A stretch of 64,000 nt of DNA from Mustelus asterias (GCF_964213995.1 NC_135809.1:82584001-82648000), one strand, 5' to 3'; shown: positions 9,035 through 21,310, numbered from the stretch's first letter. Notes: generated by a model not told the origin, from the letters alone. Made by a program: numbers and translations.

Positions 9035-12000
9035 CTTGCTGTGGTATGTTGCCTGCCCGGTGCCAGGGTGAGGGACGTCTCTGACCGGCTTGAAAGGATA
9101 TTGGAGTGGGAGGGGGAGGGTCCTGTTGTTGTGGTCCACGTTGGGACAAACAACATAGGCAAGATTAGGAAAGAGGACCTGTTTGGGGATTATCAGGCAC
9201 TAGGAGTTAAATTAAAGAACAGGTCCTCAAGGATTATAATCACTCGAGTACTTTGAGTGTGAATTAGCATAGTGATGAGAAAATTAGGGAAGTAAACACA
9301 TGGCTAAAGGAGTGGTGCGGAAAAGAGGGGTTCCATTTCATGGGGCATTGGTATCAGTATGGAACAGGAGGGATCTGTAACGTTGGGACGGTCTTCACCT
9401 GAACTGATCTGGGACCAATGTTCTAGCAGAAAGGATAAATAGGGTACTCACAAGGACTTTAAATGAGCAAGTGGAGGGGGAAGGAAGAGTAAAACTACGG
9501 GGAGTATAATGGTTAATGAGAAGCAAAACAGCAGGTTAGCATGTGGGGAGGAGGTTTCAACTACATGGAAAATAATTTAAAAAGTTAAAAGGAAGGAGAA
9601 CTCAGGAAATGTAATTAATGTTAGAATTCAAAAAGAAAACATCAAAACTAGCATAAGGACACTGTATCTAAATGCTCGTAGCATTCGAAACAAGATAAAT
9701 GAGCTGACGGCACAAATCATCACGAATGAGTATGATTTAGTGGCCATTACAGAGGCATGGTTGCAGGGTGGTCATGACTGAGAGTTAAATATCCAAGGGT
9801 ATTGGAAGGACAGACAAGAAGGTAAAGGAGGCGGTGTAGCTCTGATATTTAAGGATGACATCAGGGCGGTAGTAAGAGATGATATCGGTTCTATGGAGAA
9901 AAATGTTGAATCCATTTGGGTGGAAATTAGAAATATTAAGGAGAAAAAGTCACTGATAGGCGTAGTCTATAGGCCGCCAAATAATGACATCACAGTGGGG
10001 CAAGCAATAAACAAGAAATAACTGATGCATGTAAAAATGGTTCGGCAATTATCAAGGGGGATTTTAATCTACATGTTGATTGGTCAAACCAGGTCGATCA
10101 AGGCAGCCTTGAGGAGGAGTTCAGAGAATGTATTTGCAATAGTTTCCTTGAACAATATGTAATAGAACCTATAAGGAAGCAAGCTATCCTAGATCTGGGA
10201 CTGTGTAATAAGACAGGAATAATTAATGATCCCAGTTAGGGATCCTCTCGGAAGGAGCGATCACAGTATGGTTGAATTTAAAATACAGATGGAGTGTGAG
10301 AAAGTAAAATCCAATATCAGTGTCTTGTGCTTAAACAAAGGAGACTGCAATGGGATGAGGGAGGAGTTGGTTAAGGTAGACTGGGAGCAAAAACATTATG
10401 GTGGGACAAATGAGGAACAGTGAAGGATTTTCAAAGCAATTTTTCACAGTGCTCAGCAAACGTATATATCAGTGATAAGGAAGGACTGTAGAAAAAAGGA
10501 TAATCAGCCATGAATATCTAAGGAAATAGATGGTATCAAATTGAAAGAAAATGCATACAAAGTGGCAAAGATTAGTGGGAAATAAGAGGATTGGGAAATC
10601 TTTAAAGGTCAACAGAAAGCCACGAAAAAAGCTATAAAGAAAAGTAAGATAGACTATGAGAGTAAACTAGTTCAGAATATATAAACAGATAGCAAAAGTT
10701 TCTACAAATATATAAAATGAAAGAGTGGCAACGGTAAACATTGGGCCTTTAGAGGATGAGAAGGGGGACATAATAACTGGAAATGAGGAAATGGCTGAGG
10801 AATTGAACAGGTATTTTGTGCCGGTCTTCACAATGGAAGACACAAATAACATACCAAAAATTGATGACAAGAAAGCTATGGCAGGTGAGGACCTAGAAAC
10901 TAAAGAGATAAGATGGGACTTTACGACCTCGCTCGGGCAAAACCGGAAATTACCACCCAAGGTCAACGGAGATTTCCATTGTCAGACCTTCGCCCACTCC
11001 AATTTCATGGCAGGCAAAGTGGTAGAGTTCCAGCTATAGCATTGGGCAAGCTAATGGTGCTAAAGGTAGACAAGCCTCCTGGCCCTGATGGGTACTAAAA
11101 GAGATGATGGAGGAAATAGCAAATGCACCAGTGGTATTTGCCAAAATTTGCAGGGCTCTGGGGCGGTTCAGGCAGATTGGAAAACAGCAAATGTGACGCC
11201 ATTTTTTAAAAAGAAGGTAGACAAAAGGCGGGTAACTATAGGCCGGTTAGCCTAGCTCCTGTAGGAGGGAAAATGCTTGAATCGATCATCAAGGAAGAAA
11301 TAGCGAGACATCTGGATATAAGTTGTCCCGTTGGGAAGATGCAGCATGAGTTCATGAAAGGCAGTTCATGTTTAACTAATTTACTGGAATTCTTTGAGAA
11401 CATTACAAGCGCGGTTCACAATGGGGAACCGGTGGATGTGGTGCATCCAGATTTCCAGAAGGCATTCAACAAGGTGCCGCACAAAAGGCTGCTGCATAAG
11501 ATAAAGGTGCATGGTGTTACGGGTAATGTATTAGCATGGATAGAGGATTGGTTAACTAACAGAAATCAAAGAGTGGGGGTATATGGGTGTTTTTCTGGTT
11601 GGTGATCAGTGACTAGCGATGTGCCTCAGGGATCAGTGTTGGGACCACAATTGTTTATAATTTACATAGATGATTTGGACCAAGTGTAGTGTGTCGCAGA
11701 TGACACTAAGATGAGTGGTAGAGCAAAGTGTGCAGAGGATAATGAAAGTCTGCAAAGGGATATAGATAGTTTAAGTGAGTGGGCAAGGGTCTGGCAGACG
11801 GAGTACATTGGCAAATGTGAGGTCATCCATTTTGGTCAAAATAACAGCAAAATGGACTATTATTTAAATGGTAAAAAATTGCAGCATGCTGCTGTGCAGA
11901 GAGGGCTGGGTGTCCTTGTGCATGAATTGCAAAAAGTTGGTTTGCAAGTGCAGCAGGTAATTAAGAAGGCAAATGGAATTTTGTCCTTCATTGCCAGGGG

Positions 12001-12617
12001 GATGGAGTTTAAAAACAGGAAGGTTATGTTGCAGCTGTATAAGGCGCTGGTGAGGCCACACCTAGAGTACTGTGTGCAGTTTTGGTCTGCTTACTCGAGA
12101 AAGGATACACTAGCACTGGAGGGGTGCAGTGGGGATTCACCAAGTTGATTCCAGAGTTGAGAGGGTTGGCTTATGAGGAGAGACTGAGTAGACTGGGACT
12201 ATACTCATTAGAATTCAGATGAATGAGGGGGGAATCGTATAGAAACATGTAAGATTATGAAGGGAATAGATAAGATAGAAGCAGGGAAGTTGCTTCCACT
12301 GGCGGGTGAAACCAGAACTAGGGGGCACAGCCCCAAAATAAGGGGGAGCAGATTTAGGACTAAGTTGAGGAGAAACTTCTTCACTCAAAGGGTTGTGAAT
12401 CTATGGAATTCCCTGCCCAGTGAAGCCGTTGAGGCTACCTTGTTGAATGTTTTGAAGGCAAAGATAGATAGATTTTTGAACAGTAAAGGAATTAAGGATT
12501 ATGGTGAGCGGGCGGGTAAGTGGAGCTGTGTCCACAAAAAGATCAGCCATGATCTTATTGAATGGCGGAGAAGGCTCGAGGGATCAGATGGCCTACTCCT
12601 AGTTCTTATGTTCTTAT
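9035..12617 (+). mobile_element. Near full-length decayed CR1 LINE (ORF1 esterase part + ORF2 + tail)
   Basis: CCLPGARVRD...HVGTNNI esterase; YLNARS APE start ~9664; RT and C-terminal fragments with many stops and frameshifts; tail ttcttatgttcttat. Confidence 0.95.
10914..11037. mobile_element. ~120-bp MITE (GGCCRGAATT-type TIR family) nested in the CR1
   Basis: Interrupts the CR1 coding sequence; similar to 33645-33769. Confidence 0.6.
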
Positions 12618-14049
12618 TGCAACAATGTCTACATTTCAAGTACTTCAATGAATTTGAAGCATCTTGCAGCCTTTTCGGATCTTAAAAGGTGCTATAGAAA
12701 TGCAAATTTTTCTTTCTTTTCCTCTAACACTTGTGAATTCCCTTTTCTTTGCCCAACTATTGTCTGCTATGCCTTTTGTTGCTCGGGTCTATAATACTCT
12801 TAAAGTGCCTTTTCACCTTTTCTTCTCTTACCACCTTTCTAAAAACAACCTCTTAAACCAAGCATATGGTCTCACCTCCTCTTTGGCACAGCACCCATTT
12901 TTAACTTCTGTGCTTGCGAAGTGGCTTGCCATGATTGTTTGCTCTTTATTTCCCTTATGTGATAAAGATTTTGCATTTAATAGCACTTTGAGGGTGAGGG
13001 GGGGTGGGAAGAGCAATTTAGTCTGTGTGTCACGTGGTATGATGATGATCCAAAACGACCAAGGAAACTCGGGTTCTACTCCTAACCTGTGCTGAATTAA
13101 TTGTTCTGCATGGGAGTGATGCTACAAATGCAACACCTGCCAAGGGGAATACCTGATGAGATTCCCAATCCTGAACACGGCTTCTGCCATAAATTGTCTG
13201 CAGGTGTTGGCTGAGGTCAAGAGCTGTACACGGTGTGAATCAATATAGTCAGGAGAGAAGAGAAACATAAATATATCTATATAATATGCTAAATATTGAT
13301 ACTTTGCCTTTGAAAAACAATTACCTTCAGCTTGAGTCCTGAAGGAGACTAATTTCATTTCTCACATATTCTTTTAGTATCACAGTATTTCAGCTTTATT
13401 AGCAAGACAGCCTTATGGCGTGAGGAGCTGCACTGGCAGGATTGTCCTTTGTGACGGAGTGAAAGTCATTGCTCTGCTTTTTTTGTTGGTTTGCTGATCA
13501 TTGGTGGCTGCACATGTAGGTAGATTATGGCCAATTATAATTGGTGGCTGCTAGGGATATTGTGCTTTCTGCTGTTCTAATTTGTTCATTGTTTCCTGTG
13601 GAAGGGAAAAGAGATGTGTGCTCGGAGCAGATGCAACATGTTGGACAGCTGATGCATTTTGAACATGGTTGTCAACCCTGGTTGGCCATATTGCTGGAGG
13701 TTTGATCATGTGATAGTTGATTGTGTGGCATTTGATCATGTGACATTGAATCACATGACCCTCAACCATAGCTTGCAATTGCCATTGCATTTACTTCTTA
13801 ATGAGTGAGCCTTTGGTAATCACCTCTTTGTTCCTGCATTTGTGCTCAAAGTTTTAATAACAGGGAGGCTGTCCGTGAGCACATGAAGGAAGTACACAGC
13901 CACAAACTATGTTTAAAAAGTGTGATCTCCCCTTTTAGCTGGGTTGCTGGAAACAATCCCGAGAAGATCGATCTTCTATTCCGGGAGATCTTTGGAGAAT
14001 TCCCAGAGTTTGCAACTGCAATTTTGATTCTGGAATCTCCCTTTTATGC

Positions 14050-15120
14050 TGCCCCTCGGCACTGTCATCCAAAAACTGTTTGTCAGGTTCCAGATATGTG
14101 CAGGAGACAGTTCTACCTAACCCCATAAGTTCCATAGGGAGTCTCCAATTGATCTCCCTGTGGGGCATGTACTCCTCTCCAGGGACACCTGGCTGCATAT
14201 ATAGTTGTGGTAGAGGGGCAGACAATTGGGCTGGATGACCCCGTCAATTGCCCACTGCCTGGACCATTGGTGTCAAGTTTGGCCAGGTTCAGGAGGAGGT
14301 CCTCCTTTTTTCCTCACCCCTCTTCACACCAGGTGCCCAAAGATCAGGAACGTGGGACTGAAGTGCAAACAAAACTGCAAATAACTGAAATGTGGATGCT
14401 TTTTATTACAACGCACATGGTCCATGGACTCCACAAAGCTGCAAAAAACTCAGGCATCTTTGGAGCCTGTGAACCAATGGTTGCTTGGGACTGCCGTTTA
14501 TAACATCCTTCACCCCAAGTCCATGTCAGAAAGGGAAAGTACTCCTCCAGAGGAAGACCTCCATCAGGGGAGGGTGAGGGCAAGGAAATGAAGGAGTCCA
14601 GCAGCAGCTCATGCAGAAACACCCCCCCCCCCCCCCCCCGGCACGGTGCTAAAGGGTATAAAGGGCATTTCCGTGAGGCAGCTCAGGCTGTGGGGCTCTG
14701 GCTTCCAAGGGAGCGTTTGGGACTTGGAGCCAGTGCAAAATTTTGTCTGAACAGGGGCGCATTCAGAGGGGAGTACACCTCCCACCTGCCCCACCACGAG
14801 ACTGAGTGCCTTCAGCCCAAACACGGCCGTCTTAAGGTCACAATAACATTGGCTGTGAGCGAGACGTTCACCGATGCACGATGTACCAATTGCTGGGGCA
14901 TCATCCAGTCCACTCCTCCATCCCCAGCATGTTCCTGATTCCGGTCACCCCAGCGGCCACAGCCCCGTTCTCTGCTAGCCACCCGAGGTGGTATTGGTGG
15001 AGGTGCGGATTCCTGAACAGCGTGTCTCTGATGATAGTGGGGTCTCAGAACCTCAACAGCAACCCAGTGTAGTCTTTGTCCCAGAAGAAGTCGATGAGCA
15101 TTCTCGGATTTTTGTGACAA
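14050..15120 (-). mobile_element. Decayed L1/Tx1-clade LINE 3' region
   Basis: Minus-strand remnants LFRNPHL, FCSFVESMDHV (zf-RVT-like) and DLLLNLAKL, typical of fish and shark Tx1 ORF2 C-termini. Confidence 0.65.
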
Positions 15121-15139
15121 ACTCAGGAAGAGGGGTCAT

Positions 15140-15325
15140 TGTGACCAGCTGCAGATGGGTTTTTACAACAATGGTTTCATAGTCTTCATTAGACTTAATT
15201 GCAGATTTTTAGTGAACACTAACTTCACCATCTGCCATGGTCGCATTCGATCCCGGGTCCCCAGAGCATTACCCTGGGTCACTGGATTACTAGCCCAGTG
15301 ACAATACCACTACATCACCGCCGCT
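15140..15325 (-). mobile_element. tRNA-derived SINE, 5' part (same family as 17135 and 46458)
   Basis: Reverse complement ggcggtgatgtagtggtattgtcactgggctagtaatccag...gtaaaaacccatctg. Confidence 0.8.
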
Positions 15326-15448
15326 GCATAGTTTATTTATTCTCACATCTGTTATCAGACTTCTTTTGATCTTCAAATGGATCTTGTACCTCTCCAAAGT
15401 AATCACTCTCCATCTTAAATCTTGCCACCAAGCCATCGGGAAGCTACT

Positions 15449-15734
15449 TAAAGTTAAAGTTTATTCATAAGTCCCAAGTAAGGCTTACATTAACACTGCA
15501 ATGAAGTTACTGTGAAATTCCCCTATTTGCCACACTTCGGCACCTGTTCAGGTCAATGCACCTAACCAGCATGTCTTTCAGACTGTGGGAGGAAACCGGA
15601 GCACCCAGAGGAAACCCACCAGACACGGAGAGAATGTGCAAACTCAACACAGACAGTGACCCAAGCCAGGAATCGAACTCTGGTCCCTGGTGCTGTGAGG
15701 CAGCAGTGCTAACCACTGTACCACCGTGCCACCC
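15449..15734 (-). mobile_element. V-SINE copy
   Basis: Reverse complement of the 4368-4677 family. Confidence 0.9.
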
Positions 15735-15867
15735 CTCGACTATGAGAATTCAATAATAGGGCTCTACTCTGATACCCTTATATGGCCACTGGGTTCATGG
15801 GCTCGGAACAGAAGTGGAGGACCACATTTTCTTCCTCTTCCTTAACTGAGGCACTGAGGCCAACCAT

Positions 15868-16592
15868 AGGAACATAGAAAGATAGGAATTAGGAGCAGAA
15901 GTAGACAAATTCAGCCCTTTGAGCCTGCTTCGCCATTCAATTAGATTATGGCCGAACTCTTCCTGGTCTCAAATCCATCTCCCACCTGTTCCCCATATCC
16001 CTCTTTCCCTTTTTTTTGTTAGAAATATGTCTTATCTCCCTCTTGAAACCATTCAACGATTCTGACTCCACTGTGCTGTGGGGCAGAGAGTTCCACAAAT
16101 TCACCACTCTCTGCGAGAAGTAGTTCCTCCTCATCTCAGTTTTAAATCTACCGCCTCGCAACCTATACTTGTGATCTCTTGTTCTAGATTGCCTCACAAG
16201 AGGAAACATTTGGTCTACATTTACCTTATCAAACCCGTTAAAAATTTTATATACCTCGATCAGATCCCCTCTCATCTTTCTAAACTCCAGCGAGTACAAG
16301 CCCAAACTATCGAATCTGTCTTCATACGTCAACCCCTTCATCCCTGGAATCAATCTGGGGAACCTCCTCTGAACTGCCTCTAATGCCACCATATCCTTCC
16401 TCAAATAAGGAGACCACAACTGGACACAATACTCCAGATGAGGTCTCACCAACACCCTATACAATTGCCACAACACTTCTTTACTTTTGTACTCCAGATC
16501 CTGCTGCCCAGATGCATTTTGAATCTGCTTTCCATTTAGGTAATAATTTGCCTTTCTATTTTTTCTGCCAAAATGGATAACGTCACACTTAT
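15868..16592 (-). mobile_element. 5'-truncated CR1 LINE
   Basis: ORF 15946-16476 LVRPHLEYCVQLW...YFSQRVVNLWNSLP; tail ttctatgttcctatg. Confidence 0.92.
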
Positions 16593-17134
16593 TATAGTAC
16601 CCATTTCACTGGTCCAGCCAAGTGCATCTGTCCATTGGATAAGCTTGCTCAGCCATTGGTGAGATTTAGATTAGGTATTAGTTTTTTTAATATTAAGTGC
16701 GAGAGTGAATAAACAGAAGAATGGAAGTCATATTTAAACTTTAATGTATGTTTTTGTTGTTTGGAATGGGTTGCCTTTTATTTAGCTGCCTCTCATGACA
16801 CTTTTTCATTCACAAAGTTTTGGCATCACATGAATAATTTCATTAGGTGGGAAAATAAAAAGAGGATGAATTCAGCAGTGTTTGAATATAAATGGATTAA
16901 TGTCATAATAACCTTTTGTTGCTGGAGTTTCAGTAGCAGTGGTAATTGATGTTGATCTCAAGAGCTCAGGCAATTGTTTGTCATCTAATATTGTTACATC
17001 AAAGCCATCCTTTTTGTTCCTAATTGAAGAGATATGTGATACTGCCATCACACAGCCTATACTATTTCAATACTTTTTTGAATGCCCCACCTTTCAAGGC
17101 TGTTTTTATGCTTTTTCAAATAACTACTATTGCT

Positions 17135-17495
17135 GAAGGTGGTGGTAACATCGCTGTCTAGTAATCTGGAGACCCATGTTCTGGAGACATGGGTTCAAAT
17201 CCCACCATGGCAGCCAATGAAATTTAAGTTCATTTAATAAAATCTAATCTCAGTTATGGTGACTATGAAAGTATCATTGATTGTTGTAAAAACTCATCTG
17301 GTTCACCAATGGTCTTCAGGGGAGGAAATCTGCCATCGTTACCTGGCCTGGCCAACATGTGACTCTAAACCCACAGCAGTGACTCTTAAATGCTCCCTGA
17401 AATGGGTGAGCAAGCCACTCATTTCAAGGGCAAATAGGGACGGGCAACAAATGCTGGCCTAACCAGTGATGCCCACATCCCATAAAATAATCAAC
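17135..17495 (+). mobile_element. tRNA-derived SINE with a LINE-type tail (gggcaacaaatgctggcc...cccacatccca)
   Basis: B box ggttcaaatccc; body matches 46458-46820. Confidence 0.85.
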
Positions 17496-18700
17496 GAAAA
17501 GGAAAGAGCAGAGGGGCTGTTTAGCAAACAAGTGTTTGCTGAGTTTTTTAACATGAAAACAATACCTCATTGCTGGCACCTATTCACTCTTGCGTTGTAT
17601 GTCTTTTGGTTTTTCTTTTGTTTTTGGGTGATTCCGATGCTGGCTTCAGAATAATGCTCCAATGACTTCAGGCTTTCCAGTGATTGGTGGATCTCCGATG
17701 CCTACTCGGGCCTAACTCCAATACAGACTCAATGTTTCTACTCGGACCGTAATCAACACCCAAACTCGAAGCCAAGGTGTAGCATTGCTGTCAGGGTGAC
17801 GGATAAGATGGAAGAATCTTTGCAAAGGGAATCCCATTTTACTGCTGTGCATTACAAGCTTTGGACATCTTTGGCTGCAAGATTTCCCCAGCAGGAGATG
17901 TTCTGACATTACATTCAAAAATGTGGTGGGAAGGTCTTGCAGATTTTCATGGAGAAAAGAAACCAGACCCCATTTTTGATCATCATTGTAGAACCACTGC
18001 CTTCACAAAATACTGCTTTACATGTATAAATAAACCCGGAATCCATATCATAGGTGCTTATGGTTCTTCACCAGGTATATTGAGATGGCTGGAAACAGCA
18101 ATGATGTCAGTGACCTTTTTCGGGATTTGAACCAGCAAGAGGCAGGACAGGTGACCTTGATGGAGGGGGGTTATCAAGGGAATCACCCTCCCTCCAGCTT
18201 CACCATTGGAGGAAGCCAAGGTTAATTAGTGCATGTCGGACAGCCACAGTAAAGTCACCAGACAAAGGAATACAAAAAGGTTAAGTGCTGCAAGTTGTGT
18301 GATGAGGCTGGCCCCTCACAAGGCTGGCTCAAAACACAGTGTTACTTATGCACAGGTGTTTAAAGAAGGAGCAGCAAACAGAGCTGCCTTAAAGGAGATT
18401 AATATACAACCCCCTCCCCCAATTCCATTGGCTGACATGACAACACGAAAGCGAACATAAGCGACAAAAATGGGCAAACACGTCAGTAAACTACCGACCC
18501 AGAATATCACCCCTTAGCAGCCTCTAGAGCAGATAGAATTGATGGAAGAGGAGTTCAGTAACTCAGTACTGATCTCTCCTGGCAACACATTTTTCCTTCA
18601 ATTTTTTTTTAACATAGGAATCTGAGGGAGTGATCTTGAGCTGCATCCACTACTGGTGGCAAGTAGCAAAGTGACATTAGCAAAGTCTAACTGTAGGTTG

Positions 18701-19995
18701 TGTTATGATCCCCACAAAGACTAAAAACTCTTAAAAGAAATTCATCCCCTTGTCAACAGAAAGAAAGCAGATGGACAAGATTTCAATTTTTAAAACTTCT
18801 ACTGTAACATTCAAACCAAAATCAACCGATTTCAAACATTAATTAACAAGGAAGTCAAACTTCAAATAAATAAGTACATTTCACTTTACATAAAGATACA
18901 ATAAAAGTACACAAGACCACAGGCACCCGCTTCACTCATGAAACCATGTGTAGATCCAAAGTTCTCTAACTCAGTCTCCAGTATCCAGCATCTCTTTTCC
19001 ACTCAATCAATTCAGCCCTCAAGTGATGTTCACTGCCAACCATATTCCACCTGAGTTCCCCAGATACCACAGTGACAAACACTCCTAGTTAGCATGGGGA
19101 CTGTACGACCGGGGTAATGGGTGGTGGTTGGTGCTGTACTGCTGTTCAGCTAGGGAATGGGACACTGGTAGCATGGTGCAGTCTGCATCCACAGGTGCAC
19201 ATCGCATGTGTGCAAGATCCAGAGATGTGAAATAGAGGACAAAGGCTATCTCAACAGGCTGGAATATGTGAGTTGATCCCCTTAACACATACAGTTAATA
19301 CCTAAACAGCACAGTCTCAGAGAACTTCATTAACGGCATCCTCACTGGCACAGATTCCTCCAGAGACCCCTTCATCTGACCCCTTTAAATTGTCTTCTTG
19401 GCTTTGGCAAAACGAAAGCAACAGCAGTAGACTTGTTCAGTTCACAACTCCTGCTCTCCATGTCTTCAGCTTCCTGTCCTTTTTAACTGATTTACACACA
19501 CACAGCTCCTTGTACACTTGCCTTCTTGGGTTCTTCCAGCTGCAAATGTGAAACTACACGAAGATTTCTGTCTGTGTGTTCTGCAACTAAACTAACTACA
19601 GCAGAACAGGCTTTAACCTGACACCACACCATTCAAGGTTTAATTAGCCCTTTTTTAAAAAAGGTTTTCTTCACCATAGGAATCTCAACCAAATTTGAAT
19701 TTATTTTATAAAAGCAAATTACTGTGGATGCTGGATCTGAAATAAAAACAGAAAATGCTGGAAAATCTCAGCAGGTCTGACAGCATCTGTGGAGAGAACA
19801 GAGCCAACGTTTCAAGTCTGGATGCCTCTTTGACAGACTTTCCATCAACTTCTTTGAAGTTGGTTAAGAAGTATAATTACCACCAATCATACCTGCCACA
19901 TTTCCAGAATTCTGCCCAGTTTCACTTCGGAAGCAAAGGGACACTCTGCAAGAAGAAAATGCAGACTTTTCCTTTAAAGCGCAAGGGTTATCACA
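18701..19995. mobile_element. Solo LTR (Gypsy-type) with a nested Penelope terminal repeat
   Basis: Starts TGTTATGA, ends TTATCACA; exact 4-bp TSD GTTG (18697-18700 / 19996-19999). Confidence 0.75.
19708..19840 (-). mobile_element. Penelope terminal-repeat fragment with a decayed hammerhead motif
   Basis: Highly similar to 43836-43970; minus strand CTGTCAA...GAAACGTT. Confidence 0.8.
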
Positions 19996-20524
19996 GTTGC
20001 GACTTTCTCATTTTTGCCTGGGATTCATGATGCGCAATTTGATCAATGCTCAACTAACCTTGTGTGCTTTTTAGTGGCTCTGTCAAGACCAACAGCAACA
20101 AAGAATAGTGGCATGTTACCTACCTGCCTTTTGGTTATAGTTGAAACATAGGCGAATGAGATCAATGTAGAGAGGAAGAGATAATCTGTAATGGTTTAGG
20201 GTGGTGGTGATGGGGGAGGGTGTGGTTGATGAGGCATGGCAGCAGGGTTGGCAATCAGCCAGTTCTTGGCAAGGCCAGTATTTGTTGTACTTTCTAATTG
20301 CCCATGAGAAGGTGGTAGTGAGCTGCCTTCTTGAACACTGCTGTCCATCTGGTGTAGGAACCACAGTGCTATTAGGGGAGAGTTCCAGATTTTTGATCCA
20401 GTGACAGTGAAGGAATGGCGATATAATTCCAAATGTGGAGATGCCGGCGTTGGACTGGGGTGAACACAGTAAGAGTTTTAACAACACCAGGTTAAAGTCC
20501 AACAGGTTTATTTGGTAGCAAATA

Positions 20525-20561
20525 CCATTAGCTTTCGGAGTGCTGCTCCTTCGTCAGATGG
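20525..20561 (-). ncRNA. Minimal type I hammerhead ribozyme (mirror copy)
   Basis: Reverse complement of 20580-20616 with one change at the stem II/loop boundary. Confidence 0.75.
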
Positions 20562-20579
20562 AGTGGAAATGTTTCCACT

Positions 20580-20616
20580 CCATCTGACGAAGGAGCAGCG
20601 CTCCGAAAGCTAATGG
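20580..20616 (+). ncRNA. Minimal type I hammerhead ribozyme
   Basis: CCAT-CTGACGA-A-GGAGC(AGC)GCTCC-GAAA-GC-TA-ATGG: stem I CCAT/ATGG, core CUGAnGA/GAAA/UH, palindromic AGCT stem III. Confidence 0.8.
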
Positions 20617-20934
20617 TATTTGCTACCAAATAAACCTGTTGGACTTTAACCTGGTGTTGTTAAAACTCTTACGATATAATTCCAAGCCAGGATGGTGTGT
20701 AGCTTTAAGGGGAACTTGCAGGTGGTGGTGTTTCCATGCGTCTTCAATTAAGTATAAGGTATGCTTGACTTTTATCCTCAATTGCTTTTGTTAAAAAGTA
20801 GAAACGTTCAAAAGACAAGGGACATCTTTCCCCCAGAGCACCACCCCCCAGCACCCGCACCCCCTTACCCCACCCTGTTTATACCTAATCATTGTTAATC
20901 TTTGGAACAAGTACATGACTTCTCTAATAAGATG

Positions 20935-21310
20935 AGCAAAATACTGCTGATGCTGGAATCTGAAACAAAAACAGAGAATGCTGAAAAAGCTCAGCGATGG
21001 GATTTTATGGCCTCGCTTGAGTGAGGTAGAATTCTGGCAAGCAGGTCTGGCAGCATCTGTAAGGAGGGAAAGCAGAATTAATGTTTTGAATCCTTTTGGC
21101 TCTTCTTCAGAACTGAAGAGAGGGAGAATGTGTTAGATTTTAAAGTGTAACTGTGAGAGATTACAACAAAATGTTGCAACTTTAAGAACAAAAGGCAGGT
21201 GGCCTGGTGGGGGAGAGTGAGAAGAGCTTGCATTAAGGTAATACATGGATGGGATATTTTAAAAAGAGGGTTTAAGATGGAGGAGAAAAGCCACAATCTC
21301 GAGCTACTGA
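20935..21310 (-). mobile_element. Decayed Penelope terminal repeat/3' region, with a short MITE remnant at ~20997-21040
   Basis: gcaaaatactgctgatgctggaatctgaaac matches 43838; minus strand CTGAAGA-AGAGCC...GGATTC-AAAA. Confidence 0.75.

Larger units (their letters stand above)
20433..20672. mobile_element. Non-autonomous Penelope-derived palindromic element
   Basis: 101-bp inverted arms (20469-20569 / 20572-20672, 1 mismatch), 36-bp one-sided extension, TSD CGATATAATTCCAA (20419-20432 / 20672-20685). Confidence 0.85.
20265..20745 (-). mobile_element. 3' end of an old CR1/L2-group LINE (host of the palindromic insertion)
   Basis: SFTVTGSKIWNS C-terminal motif; uninterrupted paralog at ~26990-27260. 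Confidence 0.75.

Noticed and set aside
13153-13175. CTGATGA-GATT-CCC-AATC-CT-GAAC hammerhead-like motif
   Set aside because: GAAC instead of GAAA, extra nucleotides after stem II, no stem I pairing and no PLE context; probably chance.
20469-20672. Palindrome read as a DNA-transposon MITE, miRNA precursor or terminator
   Set aside because: The asymmetric 36-bp extension, 14-bp TSD and hammerhead cores fit a Penelope-type retro-insertion better.
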